DNA from: Octopus sinensis
Lineage: Eukaryota
Length of the DNA: 64,000 nucleotides
Assembly (NCBI RefSeq): GCF_006345805.1
Contig: NC_043005.1
Location: forward strand, 85,312,001 to 85,376,000
Reading direction: 5' to 3'
The stretch's first letter is position 1. Each line of letters opens with the position of its first letter. Shown here one piece after another: positions 27,151 through 40,374 of this stretch. The notes beneath the pieces were generated by a model, which ran no database searches, was not told the origin of the DNA, and saw only the letters and a list, made by a program, of their open reading frames with translations. Made by a program: the position numbers and the translations under genes.

Positions 27151-27521
27151 TATCAGCCGTCCACCTCGTGCCTCGTCGATAACACACGGACATAAAGGAG
27201 TAGGCCACCGGTTTATGGGGTTACCCTGGGTTTCTCGCCCAAAAGGGGATTATACATATATATATATATACATTTACATATAAAACACACTTATACATAT
27301 GGCCAGCTTACAATAAAAGTGCCTTCAGCAATAGTTTTCACACTTGTGGAGGGACAGAGAGTGAGAGAGAGAGAGTGAGTGAGAAAGAAGGACGGAGAGT
27401 ACATACACACATACACATAACATATATATATATATATATATCATAAAGGAGTAGGCCACCGGTTTATGGGGTTACCCTGGGTTTCTCGCCAAAAGGGGAT
27501 TATACATATATATATATATAT

Positions 27522-27782
27522 CATAAAGGAGTAGGCCACCGGTTTATGGGGTTATCCTGGGTTTCTCACTCAAAAGGGGATTAGCCCTACACTGTATTTT
27601 CAGACCTCGAACACTGCTGGCCTAAGACCTTTTCAAAATATGGAGAGGGATTTCCCCACCGTATTTTGAAGAGGTCTTAGGCTGGGGTGCTTGGGGTCTG
27701 AAGATACACCGTAAGGTTAAACCCCTTATGAGCAAGAAACCCAGGGTAAAACAATTATAATATTAACTGGTCTACATCCTAG
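27522..27782. mobile_element. Degenerate fold-back MITE; its left end is also copied at 27191-27251 and 27442-27501
   Basis: Arms cctgggtttct..tcagacc..ggcctaagaccttttcaaaata and tattttgaagaggtcttaggc..ggtctgaa..agaaacccaggg. Confidence 0.6.
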
Positions 27783-28741
27783 GGTGTGTTTCTCCTCTAC
27801 ATTTATGTATTTCTACGAACGATATATGTTTATTTTAAACCTGGTACTTATTGTAGCAATGTTTTTTGCCAAACTGTGAAGTTACAGGGACGTAAACAAA
27901 CCAGCGCCAGTTGTCAAATGTTGGTGTGGAACAAACACAGACAGAAAGACACACACACAGACGCATACACAGACGCGTGTGCTCGCGCGCGCACACACAC
28001 ACACATGTCTGTTATAACTGAAAGGCTTCCATTTCCAGTATTCCAAGCTGCTCATTTCCGATGACCAGGTGGTAGATGGAGCCTGGTTTTCTTTTGAAAT
28101 TTTCACTGTCTGAATATTTTTTGAAATATGAAATGCAAGTTGAAAGGGAGTGCAAAAACATAAAGATAAGCATTTCAGTTTTAAATAAGCTTTTCTGTTG
28201 TAATGTATTAAAGATCACTTCTGGTAAATTAAAAAAAAATTATGTAACCACATCATTGGCGATTGTCTTCCTCCGACTTCCCTTCTTTTGTTTCTGAAAA
28301 AGAGCATCTGCTCAAAATGCTAAACCATCTATCTTTCCTTCCCTGAACGTCTGTGATACTTTACATGTACCACGTCCTTGCATTGTTGTCTTTTTGTGTT
28401 TGTTCTTCATTTTTGGATTTACTATATATATATATTTAATTTTATTTGCTATGGAATAAAAATTCCGGCATAACAGGGGTTCAAATTATTCTCAATGAGG
28501 AAATATATATTTTTTCATTTAGAGATAGTAGGCCCCTTCATCCCACCATATAAAAGAATTTTAATTTAATTCATACTTGGTACTTATATCTCGGCTACAC
28601 GTGTTTCTTGAGGTTCATTTCCCGGTTTATTAACCACACCGTTTTGCTGGAACCTTTCTTAAAGTGTAACCCCAATCATCAGGCCTCTACATCACTTTAT
28701 CATAGTTTGATACTAAAGACTATATTTTAATTTTTTTATTT

Positions 28742-28771
<30 letters not shown>

Positions 28772-28775
<4 letters not shown>

Positions 28776-29040
28776 TGCAGCATGGACGGTATTTAAGAAA
28801 CATACAAAAACCGTCAGATTAACTTCAACATTTAAATTTGATTTGCCAAAATATTTTCGTCGCTTTGAGACCACAACCTCTTCACAGACAAAATTGTGTG
28901 CTGCATCTCATGTCAGTGAACAGGTCACGGTCTCAAACAGACGAAAATATTTTGGCAAATTAAATTTAAATGTTGAAGTGAATCTAACGGTTTTTGTGTG
29001 TTTCTTAAATGGCTTATAAATACCTTCCATACTGCAATTG
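28772..29040. repeat. Inverted repeat (arms ~120-130 bp, 20-bp spacer) of a pLTR-like unit with a variant hammerhead-like core
   Basis: 28772-28890 is the reverse complement of 28911-29040. Confidence 0.85.
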
Positions 29041-29231
29041 TTTTCGTTCCAGCACTCGATCTCAGATCAGGTCACTTGCTATGCAAGTACATCTCTGTAA
29101 TAACTATATATACACTGTTTTGAATGATAATATATGTAACTCTTACTAAATATATTGAGTGTCTTTTGCTTTCATTTCTTCACTCACTCATATATACATA
29201 TATCTATATATAATGTATGAATATATGTATG

Positions 29232-29266
<35 letters not shown>

Positions 29267-29296
29267 ACACATACATACACACACACACACATATAC

Positions 29297-29329
<33 letters not shown>

Positions 29330-29716
29330 TAAATATATATATAGACACACAAAGATGTCTTAGGTCTGTCTTGCCTTTTATCTTTTTCTGGTCAATAAAG
29401 CACTAATCTAATACTGAAGTTGACTAATCTCTCCTTTCTCACTTGCACTCATCTCCTTTCTCTCACTACTTACTCTCTGACCTTCTCTCTCTCTCTCTCT
29501 CTCAGTCTCTGTCCCTCCACAAGTGTGAAAACTATTGCTGAAGGCACTTTTCTTCTAAGCTGGCCATATGTCACGACAGCTTCCCTATGACTTCATTAGG
29601 AAGAGGCAGCGGAGTGTCCAATAATATTGTGTGCATGCATATATATATATGTGTGTGTGTATATATATATATATACATACACACACACACACATATATAT
29701 ATACATATATATATAC

Positions 29717-29768
<52 letters not shown>

Positions 29769-30062
29769 GGGATATATATATATATATGGGTGACTGTAAA
29801 TATATATAAATGTACAAATACACCCACATATTATACGCATCTACATAGACATATACACATAAGAATATGATACAGTGGTTGTCAAAGTTTTCTTGGTTAG
29901 TTTCTGGTTGGTGTCATCCCCCATCTCTTACACATCACACGCCTCCAAGTTATGTCACAGCCAGCAGCATTCAACTAATGCCACAACAACATGACTGTAT
30001 CTCTCGCTAATCTTTCACTCGACGATGATTAATATATTCTCTCGACCAATCAGATCTGATCA

Positions 30063-30095
<33 letters not shown>

Positions 30096-30680
30096 TCTAT
30101 GATTGAAATATTTCAAAGAATCTACAAAGTTGTTTGTACAAATTAAACCACTGCGAGACTTTACATCAATCAGTTGCGAACCAATATTTGAACTAGTTTT
30201 ATGTTTCAATTAAACTATGTACTTAAAGTATTTTCCCCTCCGCTATTTCACAAACATGCAATGAAGCCAAGAATTAATTTACAGTTTATTTTTCTTTACT
30301 TTCTGCTTGTTTTTTTGTTTTTTTTGTCTTCTTTTGCATCGTTATTTTACATCGAATATAATGGTAAAAAAAAAAACCAAACAAAAATCTAAACAAAACA
30401 GAAACAAGTGTTTGCGATCATTTTCAGTTTGCAGTTTTCATACAATCTTATGTTAAATAAATACTTTGGGAAAACATATGAGAAACATCAGAATTCTGTA
30501 GAACACAGATGCTGTCTCAGTCTTCAATTAAATTATTATTATTATTATTTAAGTTTCCACTCACTAATGTCACTTGTGAAAAATGGTAAAAACCATGCTA
30601 TAATTATTTAAGGTTTCTTACTTACAAAAGATGTAGCAGTTAGTTGGAATTCAGCATCAACTATTTTTATGTAAAGCATG

Positions 30681-31375
30681 TGAAAGTGCATGGCTTAGTG
30701 GTTAGGGTGTTGCACTCGTGAATGCTAGATCAGGATTTCAATTCCTGGATTCAGCAGTGTGTTGTGTTCTTGAGCAAAACACTTCATTTCGCATTACACC
30801 ATTCCACTCAGCTGCAAATGGGCCGTAGGGCCTGAAATGTTTTGGGGGAGGGGACCAGTTAATTTTGGGGGCCAGTTAATTAGACCGACCCCAGTATGCA
30901 GCGGGTACTAAATTTATCGACCCCGAAAGGAGGAAAGGCAAAGTCAACCACGGTGGAATTTGAACTCAGAACGTAAAGACAGACGAAATAGCAAATGAGT
31001 CAATTTTCGACAGACTAGCCTTCCAATCAGGGGGAATGTTGACTTCTTGCCTCACCAGTAGGGGGGGCAATATTCAAAAGCTAAATAAGGCAGCGAGCTG
31101 ATAGAAACTTTAGCACTCCGGGTGAAATGCTAAGCAGTATTTTGTCTGTCTTTACATTCTGAGTTCAAATTCTGCCCATGTCGACTTTGCCTTTCATCCT
31201 TTCGTGGTCAATAAATTAAGTACCAGTTGCATACTGAGGTCGATCTAATTAACTGCCCTCCCTCCTCAAGAATTTTGGGCCTTGTGTCTAAAGTAGAGAA
31301 GATTATTCAAAAACTAAAATGATGCAAAGTGCATTGTGACTAGTGATGTGTAACAACATCTGATAGTCTGATTGA
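30681..31375 (+). mobile_element. SINE family G interrupted by two SINE B insertions
   Basis: tRNA-like head at 30681; B(-) at ~30826-30990 flanked by gcaaatg; B(+) at ~31087-31302 flanked by tattcaaaa(g/a)ctaaa. Confidence 0.7.
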
Positions 31376-31778
31376 TCATTACTAGTATTTCTAATGGAAA
31401 ATCTGGGCTGATGACAATCAATGTTAATTGAAATCTGAGAACACTGGCCCTTGCATACTTTAGTGTTACTGCTAAAGAGTGTAGCAGATAAAACCTCTGG
31501 TTTTATCTGAGTATCAGATGTTGTTACACATCACTGGTCACAATGCACTTTGCATCATTTTAGTTTTTTAATAATCTTTTCTACTTTAGACTCAAGGCCC
31601 GAAATTCATGAGGAAACAGGGCAGTCAATTAGATCGACCCCAGTACGCAACTGGTACTTAATTGAAAACTACTCCAAGAGCAAGCATTTGGTCTGCATCA
31701 ATTCAAACCGTGATGGTTGCTAAAAATGTAATGAAGTTTTTCCCTCAGCTCTTATTATGGTTTAGGTAGGTGCACACC

Positions 31779-32168
31779 TCTTTACTCTTTTTTTACTCTT
31801 TTACTTGTTTCAGTCATTTGACTGTGGCCATGCTGGAGCACAGCCTTTAGTCGAGCAAATCAACCTCAGGACTTATTCTTTGTAAGCCTAGTACTTATTC
31901 TATCAGTCTCTTTTGCCGAACCACTAAGTTACGGAGACATAAACACACCAGCATCGGTTGTCAAGCAATATTGGTGGGGGACAAACACAGACACATACAC
32001 ACACACACACATATACGACGGGCTTCCATCTACGAAATCCACTCACAAGGCTTTCATCGGCCCGAGGCTAAAGTAGAAGACACTTGCCCAAGGTGCCACA
32101 CAGTGGGACTAAACCCGGAATCATGTGGTTGGTAAGCAAGCTACTTACCACACAGCCACTCCTGCGCC
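31779..32168 (-). mobile_element. SINE family A, full length
   Basis: Family homology; (ctctttta)n tail. Confidence 0.88.
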
Positions 32169-32481
32169 TTTTATTTGTTGTTGAAATGTGTATCAGGCGT
32201 CACCGAGAATATCAATGCTCAAAACTATTTCAGCTTTGATCAGCATTTATATATATGTGTACCTAAGACTATGTTATATGAAGGTGCATGGCCTTGCAAT
32301 TAGGCAACTGTTGCCCTGAAGATCACAAGATCATGGTTTCATTTCTGAGACCAGGCAGTGCATTGCGTCCTTGAACGAAACATTCCATTCCACATTGCTT
32401 CAGTCCACTCAGCCGTAAATGAAGAACCCTGTGATGAACCAGCATCCTATTCAGGAGAAATGCTGAAATCTCAGCCAGTTC

Positions 32482-33090
32482 GCATCATCATCATCAACAT
32501 CATCATTTAACGTCCGTTTTCCATGCTAGCATGGGTTGGATGGTTCGACTGGGGTCTGGGAAGCCAGGAGACTGAACCAGGCTCCAGTCTGATCTGGCAA
32601 TGGTTCTACAGCTGGATGTCCTTCCTAACGCCAGCCATTCTGTGAGTGTAGTGGGTTTTTTTACGTTCCACTGGCACAGGGGCCAGAGCAAGCTGGCAAA
32701 CGGCCATGATCGGCTGGTGCTTTTACGTGTTACTGACACGGACGCCAGTCAGGCGGCGCTGGCATCTGCCACGTTCGGACAGTGCTTTTTACGTGTCTAA
32801 ACTACAATTTCCATTTCAATTTTTACTTTGATGTTGATGTACTTGACTCAATAGGTCTCCTCAAGAACAGCGGGTCACTCTACATCCAAGGTTAGCACAG
32901 CAGGCCATCCTGCGAACCATGAACTCACTTCATTTGTTGGGTCTTCAAAGTCACAGCATATCTCCAGAGGTCTCAGTCTTCCGTCATAGCCTCTGTGAAA
33001 CACAAAGTACGAAGGTCATGCTTGACCACCACGTCTCATGTCTTCCTGGGTCTACCTCTACCCCAGATTCCTTCAACAGTTTGGGAGTGG
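32482..33090 (-). mobile_element. RTE LINE 3' end (RT C-terminus plus family C 3' UTR)
   Basis: VEGIWGRGRPRKT*DVVVKHDLRTLCFTEAMTED*DLWRYAV followed by the family C UTR and (GAT)n tail. Confidence 0.85.
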
Positions 33091-33554
33091 CACAGCCCTA
33101 CGAGCCCTAGGACTCAAGACAGCACTTTCCAGGAGATGATGGGTATAAAACTATACTGCCCTCTATGATCCTACTTTATTTAAATTCAATTGGATATGAT
33201 TTTGGGGTTCCTTTCAGCTGTTCATGCGAAGAATCATCTGTCACTGTCTGATGATATAGGGAGGGGATAAGCTTATAATCCGTTATACGCTTATCCCTGT
33301 TGGTTGTTTAAGTTGGAGAAAAGGTACAGAGAGGAGGCCCTTAAGAAAATGTCTTATAGGAATAGTGGAATAGGGAATTAGCAGAGCCTGACATTAGGAA
33401 GGCAAACAAAGGAGTGGTGAGTTCAAATCTGAAGGTGATCTGTATTAGGGATCAATTGACAAGTGGGGGAAACGAGTGGTGTTAAGGATGAAAGGTAAGT
33501 GAGGCAGTAAAATTGCTGGTTTATGGAAGCAAAACGTTGGAAACAGAACCAAGG

Positions 33555-34052
33555 CTGATGATGATGATGATGATGATGATAATGACAATGATGACGATGG
33601 CAATGATAATGACAACTGTGATGATGATGTTGATCATGAGGACAATGGTGATGGTGATGATGATGATGATGATGATGATGACGACGATGACAATGACAAT
33701 GGCAACGATGATGATGATGTTGATCATGATGACAATGGTGATGATAATGATGGTGATGATGAGGATCATGATGATGCTGATGTTGACGATGACAATGACG
33801 CCGCCGATGATAACGATGACGGTGATGATGATGTTGATCATGATGACAATGGTGATGGTGATGATGATGATGACCTTGAAAACAGCAATAACTATAGTGG
33901 TGACAACAATAACGATGACGGTCATGGTTGGGGTGCTGATGACAGAGATGAAAATGACGATGATGATGATAACGAAGACAACTGCAATAAGGATGGCAAA
34001 GACATCTATGACGACAACGACGACGATGACTATAAGGGGGAGGAATACAATG

Positions 34053-34091
<39 letters not shown>

Positions 34092-34100
34092 TGATGATAA
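33555..34100. repeat. (GAT/GAC)n compound repeat
   Basis: Direct inspection. Confidence 0.95.
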
Positions 34101-34408
34101 TGTAAATGACTCGCAAAGCAGCAATAAATAAATAAATAACAAAAGCCAATTGAATCCATTCATCTGAATGATGTAACATTAAAAATGCATTAGCTTATAA
34201 CAAGATATAACACGCTATAACTGTCACAACACGTGTGCACACACACATACGCATACCTCTACGTATACACACACATACTTCTACACACATGCACGTGCAT
34301 GCTTGTAGGTGTGTGTGTGTGTGTGTGTGTGTGTGCATAAGTGACAGGAGCCTATACAGCTATAAGCATATACACATATATGTACGTGTACACGCGCACA
34401 AATACATG

Positions 34409-34449
<41 letters not shown>

Positions 34450-34743
34450 AAATAATCCCACAATATATATATATATCTATATATATGCATACATATATAT
34501 ATACACACATATGTATATATATATATTCATAATTTGCCACAAATGTGTATTGAGCGCTTTAAGTTTTACAGATGTAAAGCACGACAATGGATACCATTTC
34601 CTCCTCATTTCTATCTCCTATCTCTCTTTTTCACTCTTCCTTTCACCCTTCACACCCACTTTACACTGGACCCCTCCCCTCCCCCTCTTTCTCTATATAT
34701 AAAACACCACACCCTGCATTAGAGCATATATATATATACATAC

Positions 34744-34784
<41 letters not shown>

Positions 34785-34871
34785 TGTATATATATATATA
34801 TATAGATCATATATATGTATATATATGTTCTATATATTATTTATATATATATATATATATTATATATATAG

Positions 34872-34903
<32 letters not shown>

Positions 34904-36032
34904 TATATATGTGCATGTGTGTGTGTGTCTGTGTGTAATCTAACACGTTTTGAGTACAATTTTTCTCGCTTACAACGGTTATCATAAAGGATACACGTTT
35001 CCGTCCGGTCAATCACTAATCGACCAACCGAGAAAATGAAGCTTAAACAGAATATAATTAAATAAAACTCTACTACAGGTAGGCACAGATGCGGAGGTGA
35101 CTGTGTGGTAAGAACCCAAGCTCATGGTCCAGGGTTCAGTCCCCACTGCATGGCACCTTGGGCAAGTGTCTTCTACTACAACTCCAGGCTGACCAAAAAC
35201 TTGTGAGAGGATTTGTGAAATGGAAACTGAAATTGCCGACAAGCCAAGTGAGACCATAGCCCGTGGCTTATGCCAATGGGTGTAACCAGTCTACTTATGA
35301 GTACCTCTCAACCATTGGACAATAAACTTTGCTTGCGAAGACTTATTGAGGCAAGTGAAACCAAATCAAAATCGCTGACGTGGTCGATGGCATTCATTGG
35401 CATTCATGCCAGAGGAACGTTAAAAGCACATCTGAGCGTGATCGTTGCCAGGACCACGGATTAGCTCCCTTGCTGGTGGCACGTAAAAAGCACCATTCGA
35501 GCGTGATCGTTGCCAGTGCCGCCAGACTGGCTCCTGTACAGTTATCACGTAAGAAACACCTTTTGAGCAAGGTCGTTGCCAGAACCACCTGACTGGCCCT
35601 CATGGCGGTGTCATGTAAAAGCACCCACTACACCCTCGGAGTGGTTGGTATTAGGAAGGGCATCCAGCTGTAGAAACTTTGCCAGAGGTGGTGCTCCAGC
35701 AAGGCCACAATAAAATGATTGAAACAAGTAAAAGAATATAAGAATATAAGAATATATATACACACATACATACACCCATATATATTCACAATACACACAG
35801 AGAAACAAATAATATATTTGAATTTGTGTCTAAAGGCTGTGTGGTACAGTGTTCAGGGCTGTCAATCTAATGTTTATAATATTGTGAGTTCAATAGATAG
35901 ATCAGGTGAGGCATTGTGTCCTTCAGCGAGGCTCTTCATTCTACGTTGCTTCACATTCTACTCAGCTGAAAATGCAAAAGGCAGCCTGGAACTGGGTCCT
36001 TATTTTATCAGTTACCAGAATTTGATCTATAT

Positions 36033-36704
36033 CAGTGCTTCTCAATCAATTTTTTTTACCTGGAGACCTCTTCAATTGCTTCTCAATCACTTTTTTATCT
36101 GTAGAACCATTTGATTGCTTCTCAATCATGTTTTTACCTGTAGACCTCTTTGATTGCTTCTCAATCATTTTTTTTTACCTGTAGACCCATTTGATTGTTT
36201 CTCAATCATTTTTTACCTGCAGACCTCTTTGATTGCTTCTCAATCATTTTTTTTTACCTGTAGACCTCTTTGATTGCTTCTCAATAATTGTTTACCTGCA
36301 GACCTCTTTGATTGCTTCTCAATCATTTTTTACCTGCAGACCTCTTTGATTGCTTTTCAATCATTTTTTTACCTGTAGACCCATTTGATTGCTTCTCAAT
36401 CAATTTTTTTTACCTGTAGACCTATTCGATTGCTTCTCAATAATTTTTTACCTATAGACACCTTTGATTGCTTCTCACTCATTCTTTTCACCTGTAGACT
36501 CCTTTGATTTCTATTCTACTTGGATGGGCCCTCCAAGCAATTTGATGTTTAAAAAAATCCTTTTATATTAGGAATTGTATTAAAAAAGTTTTGAAATGCT
36601 TTGTATATTGTAGAAATATTAACCAATTTATTGCGCATAAACTTTAACATCAACATCTTATATGGAATCCTTACAACCATGGGAACCCTGGCTGGGAACC
36701 ACTA
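36033..36704. mobile_element. hAT (Charlie-like) MITE containing a 12-copy 37-41-bp minisatellite (36037-36510)
   Basis: Termini cagtgcttctcaa and tgggaaccact(a); units gcttctcaatcattttttacctgtagacctctttgatt; TSD not clearly retained. Confidence 0.6.
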
Positions 36705-36997
36705 ATCAGGTGATATTTGAACTCAAAACAAAAAGGGCAGAACAAATACAGAAAGACTTTATTGAATCTTACAATGATTAATAGAATTTGGGAAACAATT
36801 TAGTTAATACTGCATTTCTGAATTCCTCTTGAGAAAGCATTTGATATTGTAGGGCATAGAATTGGCAGAGGTTTCTAGTGTCATAACTGTACTTATGATT
36901 GTTAAGTGTTAGGTATGAGGTTGTTTCATTGCTATTAGGTGGAACATGTCTTTGTGTTGAAAGTAATTAAATTGTAATAGTCAAGTATGTCCTGAAG

Positions 36998-37029
<32 letters not shown>

Positions 37030-37337
37030 GATAATTAGTGCCAGGTTAGAATAAAGTATTTAGGAGGTGATTATTTGAGGTCTGTATTTAAAAGTAGAAG
37101 TAAGATCAAACGTGGATAACACTGTACTTGTCCCCATTGTCTATGAAGTGACTTCAATTAAATTGTCTGTTGTGACTGTGTGGTAAGAAGTTTGCTTCCC
37201 AGCTACGTGGTTCTGGGTTCAGTTCCACTGCTTGGCACCTTAGACATGTGTTTTCTAGCAAAGAAAATACATGCCCAAAGCCATCTGAGTCGATTTGGCT
37301 GACAGAATCTGAAATAAACACGTCATATATATATATA

Positions 37338-38450
37338 GCGGAACACCTCCGTGACATCCGCCTTGCCAACGACACACCGGTCTCACGCCATTTCCGCTCC
37401 ACCGGTCACTCCTTGCAACACCTGTCTGTGTTCGGTTTGTCCTTGCACAGAGGCCATCCGGATTCCCGTTTGCACCATGAACAGGGATTAATCTTCTCTC
37501 TTCGTTCTTTTACACCATTTGGTCTCAACTCTCCCCCCTCCTCGTCTAGCCCCCCGACTCCTACTTCTCTTCCGTCCTTCATCTTTTCACCCCTACTCTC
37601 TTTCCCTCCTCTTCTTTCCTCTTCTTCTTCCCTCTTCCCCTTCTCTCTTTCTCTTCTGCCCCTCACTCCCCTTCTCTCTCCTCCTATCCTCCCCTCCCTC
37701 CTCCTCCTCCTTTCCCATCCCCCTCCCCCTCTTCCCCCCCCCACCCCTTCTCCTCCCCTCCCCCTCCCCTCCTCTCCTCCTCCCCCTCATCTCATCTCCC
37801 CTCCCCCTCATCTCACCCCCCCCCCTCATCTCATCTTCACCCTCCCCCTCATCTCATCTCACCCTTCCCCCCCCTCATCTCATCTCACCCTCACCCCCTC
37901 CTTCTTCCGTTCCCCTTCCTTCCTTCGTTACTTCTCTCCCCTCTCCCCTCTCCCTCATCTCCCCCTCCTCACTCTCACCTTTCCTCTTCTCCCTCCTCCC
38001 TCCTCTTCTCCTCTTTCCTTCTCTCCCCACTTCCCCTCTCCCCTCTCCATCATCTCCTCTCTCTACACTACACCATACGACATTACACATCACATCATAC
38101 GTCCAGACCTTTCATACGCACTACATACTCTCTCATACACACACGCACCCTTATGTTGGGGCGAAGTCATTTGACCCTGTTATCTTCCCTATTTTCGCTC
38201 TTGCGTCTCATGTTTGATCTCTGACTTCTGGCCGGAATCAGATCGCCATGTTGAATCGCTAGCTTCTGCACGCAATTTTTTCTCTCCTTGTTTCTCTCCG
38301 TGTTTCTTTTCTGTGTATCTTTCAGTTGAAGATCGTGGGCTCGAAACGTAAAAGACTTGTTTTATTTATATTCCTGAGCGCCATACTAATACAATTGTTT
38401 GTTTGTATTCCACCTGCCTTCATCTTTTGTTTATTTCATTAAAGCTTTCC
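37338..38450 (+). mobile_element. 5'-truncated Penelope-like element: GIY-YIG C-terminus, CT-rich linker, pLTR
   Basis: AEHLRDIRLANDTPVSRHFRSTGH..LSVFGL....R..HEQGLIFSLRSFTPFGLN (37338-37532); hammerhead-like motif at 38319-38354; (TA)n on both sides. Confidence 0.85.
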
Positions 38451-38486
38451 GTTATATATATATATATATTATATATATATATATAT

Positions 38487-38533
<47 letters not shown>

Positions 38534-39300
38534 GCAGGTTTTCTGCGTTTCTTCTCTCATTCAATTTTTAGTTCATTATAATATGTGGTTTGTGCCTGAT
38601 GAATATGTTTGAGATATTTCTCAGCATATGAAACTATTAGTAGTACTTGAAGCCATGTACTGTGCCCTTTTTAATAAATAATATTTATCTCTCACCAAAG
38701 GGAATACATTTTTTGTCGAATTTTCAATCAGAGAACAATATATTATCTATTATATTTCCAAGTTTGAAGTTTGGATAGGAATCCAGGTATAAAACAAAGG
38801 ACTAAAGACATTGATATGGACATATCTCTGAAATGCATATATATATATATATATATCTATTAATATATATATATAATCTATATATATATAATAATATCGA
38901 TTCAATGTTGGCTGACTCAGTCATATATTTCTCACTGCTCCTACTTTATCCTCTTTCATCTATTCTTTCTAACTGCCTCTTTCGTATTTCCTGTCCTGCA
39001 GGACATTTTCATTTTCCTTTGCGTTACTCCATATTAGCTTGTCTTGCAGCCACACGGCCTTTTTTTGTTGTATATTCATAATTATTTCATTTTGTCATGT
39101 TTGTTTTCTTCATTGTCCTATACATTCATTAACTATTCCCAGTGACTTCTTAACACTGGCACCACCCAAAGTGGATACTATCATCGTTAATGGCACGAAA
39201 CTGTTATGATCTTTTGGATGCGACTGATGAGGATTTAGCTACAAATTTTCCATTTGTTTTCTTCTTTTTAAATCTTATTACTAGCCACTACACATTCTTT

Positions 39301-39660
39301 ATTTTCTCTCCTTGTTTCTTTCTGCGTTCTTTTCTGTGGAAGAGCGTAGGCTCGAAACATTGAAGACTTTTTCGCTTCCCGAGCGTTATACTAATACATC
39401 TGTTTGGTGTCTCTACACCACCAGTCTTCGTCTTTTGTTTTCTTGTGAACTCTCTCCCTACCTCGTGTGTACCGTTGGCGATTTTTTTCCTCTGTCTTCC
39501 CTTCTCGGGATCTTTCCTTCTCCTATGTTTCCGACGAAGAGCTCCGCTCGAAACGTTAAACCCTCCTTCTTCCCTTCTTTCCTAAGCGTCCAATAATACT
39601 ATATTTGTTCCACGTCCTCGCGTTTTGTGTGTTTTTTTGTGTTTTCCTTTTTGGATTAAA
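39301..39660 (+). mobile_element. Two adjacent PLE pLTR fragments from different families, each with a hammerhead-like motif
   Basis: ctgtggaagagcgtaggctcgaaacatt (39329-39365) and gtttccgacgaagagctccgctcgaaacgttaaac (39527-39561); a degenerate relative of the latter lies at 28290-28325. Confidence 0.65.
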
Positions 39661-39840
39661 CTATATATATATATAAGATATATATATATAATATATATAT
39701 ATAGATATAATATATATATATATATAAAATATTAACAATGAGGATAAAATCTTTAAAAGAAATTATCAGTAGTTAGCATGAAAAACCTCGTAAGAGAAAA
39801 AAATCCGTAAATTTTTCCACCTTGAAAATATTTATTTATA

Positions 39841-40374
39841 TTATATTGAGGGTATACTATTCGTAGATACATACGCTAAGAGGGACCAATGCGGTCAAAA
39901 CTACTAAAATAAAAGATTTTACCGAATGCAAAACTTAAAGCAAATCATTTAAAAAAAGAATTTAGTTACATATCACTGTGATTTCGCAATTAATGCAGAA
40001 TATGCATTCCATGTTCATCAGTGCAACAAATCAAGATATATAAGAAAAAACATAACGTTACAAGCTCGATAGCGAAACCGTAGAATTCGTCGTGCATGTA
40101 CGAATGTTTATCTTTACATATCTATGAAAATGGCGGGCTTATTCGCCAATGCATTTCGGTTACCCCAAATGTTTTCTTATATATCTTGAGTTTGTTGCAC
40201 TGATGAACATGGAATGCATATTCTGCATTAATTGCGAATCACAGGTGATATGAACTAAATTCTTTTTTTAAATGATTTGCTTGAAGTTGCATCGTTAAAA
40301 TCTTGTTTATTTTAGTAGTTTGACCGCATTGGTCCCTCTTAGCGTATGGTATCTACGAATAGTAGTACCCTCCA

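Noticed and set aside
33190-33500. IRHFLKGL motif on the minus strand, reminiscent of DIRS elements
   Set aside because: A single short motif among stops; insufficient evidence
36037-36510. Regular ~38-bp repeats resembling a CRISPR array
   Set aside because: No unique spacers, no cas genes, eukaryotic context
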